DNA from: Fimicolochytrium jonesii
Lineage: Eukaryota
Direction of reading: 5' to 3'
Assembly (NCBI RefSeq): GCF_025526975.1
Contig: NW_026515681.1
Location: 186,001 to 250,000 of the forward strand
Length of the DNA: 64,000 nt
The notes beneath the pieces are model-generated. The model was not told the origin of the DNA, searched no databases, and saw only the letters and a list, made by a program, of their open reading frames with translations. The first letter of the stretch is position 1. Every line of letters starts with the position of its first letter. Shown piece after piece: positions 1-9,672 of the stretch. The position numbers and the translations under genes are program-made.

Positions 1-3000
1 TGAAGCGGGGTTCGAGGAGCGAGACATGGAAGACATCGTGGATTTTGTACGTAGGCGGGAGCTTGAGCCGGTAGGCAACGGGATTGATTTTTTCAACGAG
101 TGGTTGAGTTTCTGAGAGGGCCGGGTTGTCTGGAGGTTTTTGCGGAGGAGCCAGACGTGGTCGCCAGGCTTGAAGTCCGGTCCAGGAATTTGTTTAGCGT
201 CGGCGTAGCGCTTCATTCGATCTTGGGCTTCCTTGAGCTCAAGGGCGAGCTGTTCATGGACTTCCCTGATTTGTTTAGCGCGGGCTTCAGCGGCGGGGTT
301 GACGGATTCGGAGGTAGCAGAGGCCGCGAAACTGAAGCGGGGGTGGAGACCCTTGTTGGCGTAGAAGGGGGTGGTCTGGGAGGCGGACTGGTGGGTGTTG
401 TTGTAGGCAAACTCGGTGGACGACAGAAGCTGTTTCCAGTTGTCCTGTTGGTGGTTGCAAAAGCATCGGAGATACTGCTCCAGGATCTGGTTGGTGCGTT
501 CCGTCTGGCCATCGCTCTGGGGGTGGAAGGCCGAGGAGAGGTTGGCTTTTGCCCGAAGGAGTTCGAGAAGTCGACGCCAGAACCGGGACTTAAACTCGGG
601 TCCTCGGTCAGAGATGACGTCGTCGGGGAGGCCGTGGAGACGGATGATGTTGTGGAAGACTAGGTCGGCGGTGGATTTGGCGGATTCTGACTCGCTGCAG
701 GCGATGAAGTGGGCCATCTTGGTGAGGCGACAGTTGACGTTCAGGATGGAGTCGTACCCGTCCACGGGAGGCAGACCGGTGATAAAGTCCAGGGACCAAG
801 ATCCCCAAGGGCGGGTAGGGATACTGTTAGGGCTGGAGTAGGCCATATGGTTTGTGTCGACTGGATTTCGCTTGGCTACAGGACAGGTATCGCAGGACTT
901 GTGGTAGGCCTTGACGAAGCGCCACTGGCTGTGCCACCAGTAGTTGCGGGAGGCGAGTTCGAGCGTCTTGGACATCCCAAAGTGGCCGGCTAGGGGTGTA
1001 TCGTGCATGTCGTGGCAGACTTCAGCTCGGAGCTCGTTGGTGGGGACATAGACCGGGTTATCGTGCAGCAGGATCCCATCTTCATCTGAGAACCGCTTGA
1101 TACGATCTTGGGTTTCCTCGGTTCGTTGGGCGAGGGGTATCTTGAGCTTTTTGCGAATGGTCTTAGCGAGGGGATCAGAGGCCTGGGCGGCCTTAATCTT
1201 GTCAAGCAGCATGGTATCCATGGGTGTGAGGTAGGCCGCGGCGAGTCAAAGGCGTTCGGGAGTCAAAATTGTGGTTGCCTGGGAGCGGAACACTTCTTCC
1301 CCCTTTTTTAGCTCATGTTCGGAGCGTCGGGAGAGGGCATCGGCTTGGTGCTGCTGGGAACCGGGGCGATAGGTAATGACAAAGTCAAAATCCGAGAAGA
1401 ATATCGACCAGGGGGCTTGGCGGCGGTTCAGGGTGCGGGTGGTCATGAAGTACTGAAGGTTTTTATGGTCGGAGTAAACGGTGATCTTGTGACGGGCGCC
1501 AAGGAGATGGTGTTGCCACTGGGCAAAGGAGTCTTGGATGGCCAGAAGTTCCTTGTCGTAGATCTCGTAGTTGATCTCTTCGGCCGTGAATTTGCGAGAG
1601 TGGAAGGCCACGGGTTGGAGCTGATTGTCCTGGTCAGGTTGGAGGAGAACTGCGCCAAGAGCGAAGTCGGAGGCGCCAGTTTCGACGACGAAGGTCTTCT
1701 CTGGGTCAGGGTGAGCAAGGATGGGGGCGGTGGTGAATGCTTTCTTCAGGTTCTCGAAGGCTGTGTTTGCGGCGGGTGTCCAGGCATACGGGATGTCTTT
1801 CCGGGTCAGGGCTGTGAGCGGGGTAGCGATCTTGGAATAACCTTGGATGAATCGGCGATAGAAGTTGGCAAAGCCGAGGAACCGCTGGACGCCTTTGACA
1901 GTCTTGGGAGGTTCCCAATCCGTGATGGCAGCGATCTTCTTGGGGTCCATCTGGATGCCTTTCTCGGAGATGATGAAGCCTACGAACTCAACAGATTCGC
2001 GGTTGAATTCGCACTTCTCTGGTTTGGCGTACAACCCATGCTGTCGGAGGCGGGACAAGACTTCGCGGACATGTTTGGGGTGATCTTCGGGGTTCTTGGA
2101 GAATATCAGGATATCGTCGAGGTAGACGACAACAAACACATCGAGAATGTTGCAGAAGATGTCGTTCCTGGAAGACGCCAAGAGCATTGCTGAGTCCAAA
2201 GGGCATGACATTGTATTCGAATAGCCCGTAGCGGCAGCGGAAGGCAGTCTTCCATTCATCGCCCGGGCGCATGCGTAAGAGGTTATAAGCGCCGCGGAGG
2301 TCGATCTTGGTGAGACGGCGGGCGCCGCGCAAACGATCCATGATACCGTTGATCAGGGGCAGGGGGGGGTAGCGATTCTTCACCGTGATGCTGTTCAGGC
2401 CTCGATAATCCACGCAGAGGCGGAGAGAACCAGTCCTTTTTCTTCACGAATAAGACTGGCGCACCGGCAGGGGACTTTGAGGGTTTGATGAATCCTTTGG
2501 CAAGGTTTTCTTCGAGGTATTCGCAGAGTGCCTTCATTTCTGGTTCGCTGAGGCTGTAGATCGGGCCGGAAGGTGGCTGCTTGCCTTCTTCCAGATCGAT
2601 TGGACAGTCGTAGGGCCGGTGCTCGGGGAGAGTGTCAGCATTTCTCCTTTCGAAAACGTCGGCGAAGTCTTGATATCTGGGGGGCAGGAAGTCTTTGATG
2701 TCTTTCTCGGGTGTCGGGGGTTACTGGGGCTAGGCGAGGCCGGGAGATCGGGTTTCGCAGGGTTGGCGTAGGCGACAAAGACCTGGTCATGCCTTGCTGC
2801 GACCCGGAAGGCTGGGGCGGAGATGAACGAGACTCGGAGCGGCGTGGGAGCCGGTTCTGGGGTGCTGGAGCGAGATACCTTGGGTACTGGAATTGACCAT
2901 GTTTGTCGACGGGGAACTTCATCCTGGGGGATGCGGATCAAGGGCTCGGGGGTTCTGGCGGGTGCTGGGCTCGGGGGTGCTGGAGAGTTGTCCCAATTCG

Positions 3001-3687
3001 CGAATTCATGGTACTGACAGTCGCAACGGAAACGACCGAAAGGTTCTTGAAGTCAAGGTTAATGTCGTGGAGGCGGAGCCAGGGGAGACCAAGGAGGATT
3101 GGAGCATGGGGTGATTTGGTGACATGGAAGACGAGTTCTTCGAAGTGGTCGTCGACCCACATGCCTACTGGTTGGGTGTGATGGGTGATTGGCTCAGCAG
3201 AGCTGGGTTGACCGTCAACAAGTTCGATCGTCAGTGGACGCTGATGCGGGACTAGGGCGATGCGGTGTTTGCGGGCAAAGTCTCTGTCGATGAAGCAGGA
3301 CAGGGCACCGTTGTCGATCATGGCTGAGGTAGGTATCGGGGCGCGGCTGGATGATACCATATGGTAACGGGGTAGTTGAAGGGTTCGACAGGACCCAGCG
3401 CAAGCATGGCGTGGGGGTTAATTTCGGAGTTTTTCGACATGGGCAGCGGCTAGGAGGGTTGTGTCGGCTATAACGGAGTCAGGAACCAGGGGGGTGGCCT
3501 CTCCCGTTGCAGGAGCTGCGAGGTTAGGAGGCCCGGGCGGATGTGTGTTGTCCAGTCGCTGGGGCTTTACTGCGGCTGGACCTTGGGAAAACCCTGTTCG
3601 GGGAGGGTTCTTTGATGTCGACGTTGGCGGCACGGGTGGTGGTCTTGTTCTTGACGGGGCAGACTTTTGCAATGTGCCCCGCGTCAC
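1..3687 (-). pseudogene. pol: pol (protease-RT-RNase H-integrase), broken by multiple frameshifts and small deletions
   Basis: Motifs in pieces across frames: AMIDNGA (protease), [88 protein letters not shown]. The GPY/F segment near 100 appears deleted. Confidence 0.95.
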
Positions 3688-4557
3688 CGCAGTAAAGGCA
3701 GAGGTTGTTGGAAATACGGCGTTGGCGTTCCTGAGGGCTCAGAGGGCCGCGGGGACGAGCGGCGTCAATCTGCATAGGCTCGCTGTGGTCGACAGTGGTT
3801 GTAGTAGTAAACGAGGTGTGGGGAACCGGGAAGGTCTGGCGGCTTCTGTTTCGCTCCAGGCGGCGCTCAAACAGCCGGTTATCGCACTGGATAGCCTGCT
3901 CCATCACCACATCAATGGTGGCCGCAGGGGGCATTGTGAGCATCAGGTCTTTGACGTCTTCTTTGAGGCCACGGCGGAAGGTAGCAATCAGGGCCTGGTC
4001 GTTCCAGGAGACATCGCATTGTAGCTGGCGGAACTCAGCGACGTACTCGGTTGCTGCACGGGTTTGGCGAAGGTTCTGGAGCTTGTTTTCAGAGGTGCGG
4101 ACCCTGTCGCTGTCTCCGAAGACCGATTGCATCTGACTGATAAAACTATTGAAGTCCTGAAGGCTGTGATCTTGGCGTTCGACTAGGGGCGCCATCCAGG
4201 CTTGCGCAGTGCCGGTGAGGTAGGTGCCAATAGTTTGGATCTTGATGATGTCGCTGGGGTAGCGGTCGGGCTGGAGAGCAAACATCAACCAGATGTTGTT
4301 CAACCACCCACGGAATTTGCTGCGGGTACCATCAAACTTCTCGGGCAAGCTGATTCTTGGCTCCAGAGCAGGGTTGGCGACTTGGGGACGGGTGTACGTA
4401 TCGGCTTGAACCTGGGCAGCGATGCTCTGGGCAGCTTGTGCGTCGGCTTGGGCTTGCGCTAGGTTTGCCTGCAAGTTGGCGTTTTGGCTTTGCAAGGCGG
4501 CGATGGCTTGGCACATATCGTTCCATTCCTTGGCGGTACGGATTCGGGTTGGGACAT
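3524..4557 (-). pseudogene. gag: gag (retrotransposon capsid plus zinc knuckle)
   Basis: PEKFDGTRSKFRGW, YLTGTAQAW, LRQTRAATEYVAEF and CLYCGDAGHIAKVC. The likely ATG at 4557 (MSQPESV) is out of frame with the main ORF, implying an indel near the start. Confidence 0.9.
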
Positions 4558-4626
4558 GGCAAAAAAGGTTTGTCGGATGCAGGGCTGGACAGGTTCTGAA
4601 CTTCGCAGTGTTGGAGCTGATCAAAC

Positions 4627-5158
4627 TGTTATGATCTCGACGACGGGGGCGGAAGCGAAGTAGAGAAGACAGGGCGAGTGTGATAGGCGACAAGAGATTG
4701 TATTGGCGAAACAAGAAACAAGGACTAGAACAGGAGATGAGAAGAACTGGTGTTGATCTGCTGGGGAGGAAGGGAATGGACGAAGAGAGGCCGGCTATTT
4801 ATAGATAGGCAACCCAGCAGATCAGAGAACAACAACAACAAGAGGGGACTGGGGGGCGCCAGCTATGCTCCTAGAGCGTGCGTGGCGAGCGTAGAGAGCA
4901 TTGCTACAGCTGCTGGCTATGGGGAAGCAGTGGGGGGTGTGGAGAAGCCGAGGGGGGATTGGCGAAATGAGAGGAGAGAGGAGGAGTGGCGATATTGCAA
5001 GAGGATCGGCGAAATGAGAGGAGAGAGGGGGAGTGGTATTGACATTGACACTGACATTGACACTGACATTGACATTGACATTGGCGTTTGACATTTGGCG
5101 GTTGACATTGGCGGCTGTCAGTAGGTAAGCTTATCGTATGGGCGCGTCGTCCATAACA
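4627..5158 (-). repeat. Complete 532-bp LTR
   Basis: Inverted ends TGTTATG...CATAACA. It is preceded by the purine tract AAAGAGAGGGGTGA (5172-5159) and has TATAAATA near 4796-4803 on the minus strand. An internal TGACAT/TGACAC hexamer array lies at ~5039-5110. Confidence 0.9.
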
Positions 5159-5170
5159 TCACCCCTCTCT

Positions 5171-5410
5171 TTAGCGGCGGCGGCGGCGGCGTCGAGTTTG
5201 GTGTGGCCGCAGAGGAGGTGCTACGGGGACAGAGGAAGGCTTGTTGGGGTACGCGCTGTGGAAGTCCTGGAGGAGTGCGTCGGTATGGGTGAGGTGTTCC
5301 ACGGGCTCCCAGGTGTTCTCGGGGTCAGGCCAGCCCTGCCATTTGACCAAGTACTGAAGGCGACGACAATGGATGCGAGAGTCAAGGATGGCTTCGACAA
5401 CCCACTCTTC
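5171..5410 (-). pseudogene. Integrase C-terminal chromodomain fragment of an upstream tandem copy
   Basis: EEWVVEAILDSR...YLVKWQGWPDPENTWEP...H, then TAA at 5173-5171 directly followed by the PPT and LTR. Confidence 0.9.
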
Positions 5411-5467
5411 TTGACATTGGCGGCTGTCAGTAGGTAAGCTTATGGTATGGGCGCGTCGTCCATAACA
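5411..5467 (-). repeat. 57-bp LTR stub (outer end of the insertion)
   Basis: Matches 5102-5158 with one mismatch. The flank 5468-5472 (GGTGA on +) is the predicted target-site duplication. Confidence 0.9.
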
Positions 5468-6772
5468 GGTGAGGCGAAGAGCCTTGCCGAGGAGCCAGTT
5501 GATGCGCTCAACACTGGGATCGCGGATGAAGTGATAGGTGTCGCACTGGGCAGGGCCCGATTTGGTGCATTCGCGTGCAGTCATAACGTCCCCATACATA
5601 GTCTGCCACACGCCGATGTGCATGGTGGCTTTTTTGCTGGCGACATCGATGGCATCCGTTGGCTGGTGGCGGTGTCGAACATCCTTTGACAGCTTCTCAA
5701 AATCCTCCTCCTTCCTATTTTTTCACCACCTTTCCAGCCGCCTTCACGAAACCCGCCTGCCACACCGGCCCAATGATTCCAGGGAGGAACATGAACAACG
5801 CATTCCCATCCTTGTCCACTCCAATTGACGGCTCCCTCCCACTTTCGATATCGTCCAAACCCTCAATGCTGGAGTTGGTGCAGTCAGCATTCTTCGGTTT
5901 CGCAGCCAGCTCACTCAACGCTACGTTGTCAAAGATCCAAACATTGTTCTCAACGGCACGCACTACCTTGTTGCAGAGGTATTCGCGCATTTTACGGGAA
6001 AAGAGAACACTGGCTTCCATCTCTGGGAGAGCAGGGCCAGAAGGGATCTTTCTGCGCTTTGAAGTCTTTTCTTTTTCCTTCATGGTTCCCCTCTGCCTTT
6101 CCCTCCACAGCCTTCGTAGTCGCTGTCGTCGTCGCCATTGCCGTCGTCATAACCGTACTCAAAGTCGCCTTCTTCAAGATCAAGGTCCAGGTTGATTTCT
6201 ACCTCCTTCGTATACTGAACTCGGACTCGACGCGGGCGAAGGCGGTTACGGATGTTGTCTTCGTCGACGTATTCGGTGTTGGAGATGGACATGTTGATGC
6301 ACCCGCTGACGCTGAAGTTCGAGCCGCCGTTCGAGCCGCCGTTCGCGCCATTGTCGCCCCCGCCGCCGTTGCCACTCTCGCCGTTGCCATTCCCACCATT
6401 GTCACTGCCCCTGCCACTCTCGCCGTTGCCATTCCCACCATTGTCACTGCCATTGCCACTCTCGCCGTTGCCATTCCCACCATTGTCACTGCCATTGCCA
6501 CTCTCGCCGTTGCCATTCCCACCATTGTCACTGCCATTGCCACTCTCGCTGTTGCCACTCTCGCCGTTGCCATTCCCACCATTGTCACTGCCATCGCCGT
6601 TCGCACGGCTGCCATCGCCATTGCCACCGCTGCCATCCCCGTTTGCACCATCACTGCTGTTACCGTTCGAGGAAGCTGCGTTGTTGCGCCTCCGAGTGCC
6701 GCTGTGGGTGCTGCGTCTAGAACCCAACCGTCACCGCTGGACGGCTTGGGTTTTAGGGCAAGGCTTGACCAT
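5468..6772 (-). pseudogene. Disrupted gene; putative N-terminal half of a fungal TET/JBP-like 2OG-Fe(II) dioxygenase with an N-terminal Gly/Asn repeat
   Basis: ATG at 6772, in-frame TGA at 6733-6731, and 1-nt indels at homopolymers 6088-6091 and 5718-5723 join ORFs 6080..6727, 5715..6083 and 5468..5623. Motifs PSIGVDKDGNALFMFLPGII and HIGVWQTMY resemble fungal TET/JBP N-terminal strands as I recall them. The catalytic HxD is not in the window. Confidence 0.45.
6355..6600 (-). repeat. 42-bp coding tandem repeat (~5 copies) encoding DNGGNGNGESGNGS
   Basis: The unit GCCACTCTCGCCGTTGCCATTCCCACCATTGTCACTGCCATT repeats head-to-tail on + without spacers. Confidence 0.95.
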
Positions 6773-7190
6773 TGTGGCTGTGTGAAACGGGAGGAATAAA
6801 ACGAAAAGGAGCTTGAGGCAGAGCAAAAATGGTCGTGGCTCGAGCTGAGAACGGGTAAGGACTTGAGGATTGGTTAAGGTAGCTCTTTCTGTTGCGGTAC
6901 TTAATTGTAGTTGCGCTGTTCAGTTAACACCCACGAAGCGCCGAGCGCGACAGTAGTTACCACGCCGCGCCTAGCGCGACAGGGGTCATAATCTGAACAA
7001 ACAAAGAAGTTGTCTGGGAGTGGGAATTGAACTCGCTACCTGCACGTCTGCAAGGAGAGCGGTATTCAACTGTGCCAAAGCGCCAGTGTTGTCAGAATGC
7101 AATTACAGTAGTACCAGAAGAAGGGTGTACTGTACGGTACAGGTGGCCAAAAGAGCGTCCGAGAGAGCGTTCCATCACGTGGGTTTCATC

Positions 7191-7294
7191 CGCAACCCTA
7201 CCCGCAACCCTCCCGCAACCCTCCCGCAACCCTACCCGCAACCGCAACCCTACCCGCAACCCTACCCGCAACCTCAACCCTCCCGCAACCCTAA
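7191..7294 (+). repeat. Degenerate C-rich telomere-like array (CCCGCAACCCT[A])n ending in CCCTAA
   Basis: About 9 imperfect 11-12-bp units are visible directly. Confidence 0.85.
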
Positions 7295-7611
7295 CTCGGG
7301 TCTCGGGAGTGTTGGGTGGAACATGTCCCAAAAAGGGCGCGCCTCTCTCTCTTCTCCTTTATCCCCTGGGTGGATACGCCATATGCGCCAACCCGGGGGC
7401 TGCTGACAGTGGTTGCATGCGCCATATGCGCGAAACCATCTGGGCAGGGTACCTCATCTCCTCACCTCCCTCACTCGAGAACCTACCTTCGGTCTCCATG
7501 GGTTGTTATGTAGGCAATGGACGTTATTCTGGTGAATGTACGGGAGGTTTGCACAAGGTGCGTGCGTTAGCAAAAGAAACGTTCAGGCGACCGTGGCAAT
7601 TGTAGCATTTG

Positions 7612-8856
7612 TCAGGAAGCATACCAAAGGAGACTATCGGCCTCATCAGCATCAAAATGGCTCAATAGTCGTTCTTGCTGGGAGACGGTGAGATTTTGTC
7701 CATTGTAGCCAGATCCAGAGGGAGGGGCGGGCGGATAAGGCGAGTACTGCTTCTGAGACTTAGACGGCGAACCCCTGGAACTCTGCTTCTTCGAGCTCTG
7801 CTTGCGATGTTTGCGCGGGGGACGGTGGTCGCTGCTATCCGACAACGAGTCGGACAACGGGTCGGACAGCTGGTCGTCGTCAACTTCCGCTAACGCGACG
7901 GTACGCTTCCTTCTTTGGCGTTGAGGTTTTGCAGAGTCGGGGATGGTCGAGGTCGACCCCTTATCGAGGTACGAGGTCCGCGGAGTTGTCTGCATCCCAA
8001 CCTCCTTCCTCGCTGATTCTATGTGTTTTTTGACGACTGCAACGCTCGGGAGTTTTGTCCCCCCAACTTCCTTCGCCACCTCCTCTGCCCACCACCATAG
8101 TATATTGAGCAGGTCCTCCGACATGGGATACCTTGGCAATGTCATGATCATTGCGCAAAGCGCCATGGCTCTAGTCGGGAACGGATAGTAGTCCTCTGAT
8201 GATGTGTGGGGCGGCAACGGTGCACCATCGCCCCCATCAGCGCCGCCAGGATCGTGACCGCCGCCGCCGCCTTCATCTTCATCCGTTCCACCTTCGTCTT
8301 CGTTACTCCTTTAGTCGTCAGACGCCCACCCCATGTTCGCAGGATCCTTCGCAAGCTCCTCCATCAGGTCGCGGTGTGCTTCATCGCGGCGAATGCTACG
8401 ATAGTTTTCCATAAACTGGTGAAAGTTCGTCTCAGCTCGATAATCCCCAACATTAGGATGACCGAATTCCTCCTCCTCAATATCCATGGGTGATGAAGGT
8501 GGTGACCCAAACGGCGGCAGGGGAGACTGCGCGAGATCGAATGGGCGCGTCCAACAGTCCTCCTCGCGCATGTTGCCATACCCATCCTCTTCCATGTCCC
8601 CACGCCCGTCATCCCCAATGCCCACCTCAGTGCCCTCCATTGCCGACGCTTGCTCCGCTGCGTATGCCGACGCTTGCTCCGCTGCATATGCCACCGCTTG
8701 TGCCGCCGCCGCCGCCGCTTCTTCTGCTTTTGCTGATGCTCGATGTCTCAGACTCTGAACATGTTGCCGAAGCTGCACAGGCCGGTTGGTGATCGCTATA
8801 TTGCAGGTGGGGCAGAAGGCTTTACTGCCGGTGTATATGAACTGCTGCTGGTTCAT
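7612..8856 (-). pseudogene. Truncated DNA-transposase-like gene: C2H2 Zn finger plus N-terminal region of a fungal CACTA/EnSpm- or Plavaka-like transposase
   Basis: ORFs 8311..8856 and 7612..8217 share a frame with a single TAA at 8313-8311. It contains the finger CPTC...HVQSLRH and the segment YYPFPTRAMAL..LPRYPMSEDLLNILWW..KLPS..G...TSYL, which resembles fungal CACTA-type transposase N-termini, then switches abruptly to low complexity. No DDE core is visible. Confidence 0.55.
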
Positions 8857-9166
8857 TGCTTTGTTTTCACTGCTCGTTGCGGGCTCAGTGTGATCTGGTG
8901 ATTGTTAGAGTGATTGCTATGAACCCCGCGACATGTGCTGTGCTGTTTCCCCCTCTTTTTGAAAGTCTCCCGGCAGGTGCGCTCGTGGAGGTTCCCAGTG
9001 AACTCCCCTGGAGGGACCTCGCGAGTTCATGCAGTGGAGGTTCGGTAAGAATGTCTGTGGGCGGAGAATGTACTGGAAACGTCCACCAGAGGAGCCTGGG
9101 GAATGTCCTGGGCACGTCGCGAAAGAAGGCGCCCCGGACTGGAGTTGGGATGTCTGGGGAAGGTGA

Positions 9167-9262
9167 TTAGGGTTAGGGCTAGGGGTAGGGCTAGGGTTAG
9201 GGTTAGGGTTAGGGTTAGGGCTAGGGTTAGGGATGTTAGGGTTAGGGTTAGGGTTAGGGTTA
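9167..9262 (+). repeat. Interstitial telomeric repeat array (TTAGGG)n
   Basis: 15 hexamers: 11 TTAGGG, 3 CTAGGG and 1 GTAGGG, with one ATG interruption. Confidence 0.97.
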
Positions 9263-9672
9263 TGAGCTTGCAAACAGAACCATCCAGGGCCTCCGACTCG
9301 TTAAATCCGCGCAAATGGCATTTTCTATTATTGGGGGTGTAGTCGAGCCTCCCCCTTTCTTCTCTTTCTCCCATGTTCTTCTCTTTCTTCTTTCTTCTCC
9401 CATGACCAACCAGAAACTACTTTTTTGACCCATACATACCAAAGATGAATCCAAACCAGCTGCAAGCGTTGGCCGGTGGAAGCACAGAGAGGCAGTTGCG
9501 CCAGTGGAGGGAGGGAGTGGTAAGAGCGATCGCGGACGAGTACCCCCATGATGCCATGATATAAGATATGTACAAGTAGAACGAGGGTATCGTATGTACA
9601 AGTAGCCTCAGAAATATAGCTCCCCTCCGAATCAGTAGCGAACCGCCTACCTAGACGCCACAAGCATTGGAC

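Larger units (their letters stand above)
1..5467 (-). mobile_element. Degenerate Ty3/Gypsy chromovirus (Tf1/sushi-like) LTR retrotransposon insertion, running off the window start
   Basis: Minus-strand gag with a CCHC knuckle, protease, RT (YLDD), RNase H and integrase in Gypsy order. LTR at 4627-5158; chromodomain plus PPT at 5159-5410; second LTR start at 5467. Confidence 0.95.

Noticed and set aside
100..4634. Plus-strand ORFs over the retroelement (e.g. 1315..2193, 100..663)
   Set aside because: They are antisense shadows of GC-rich gag/pol with no recognisable motifs.
6355..6600. 42-bp repeats as a CRISPR array
   Set aside because: The repeats are head-to-tail with no unique spacers, in frame in a coding region, and in a eukaryotic context with no cas genes.
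6900..7190. Left terminal inverted repeat matching 9314-9339
   Set aside because: No complementary sequence was found by eye, so the element boundaries remain undefined.
9167..9262. TTAGGG array as a real chromosome end
   Set aside because: It is short and degenerate, and is followed by 55 kb of ordinary genes on the side where the end would be.
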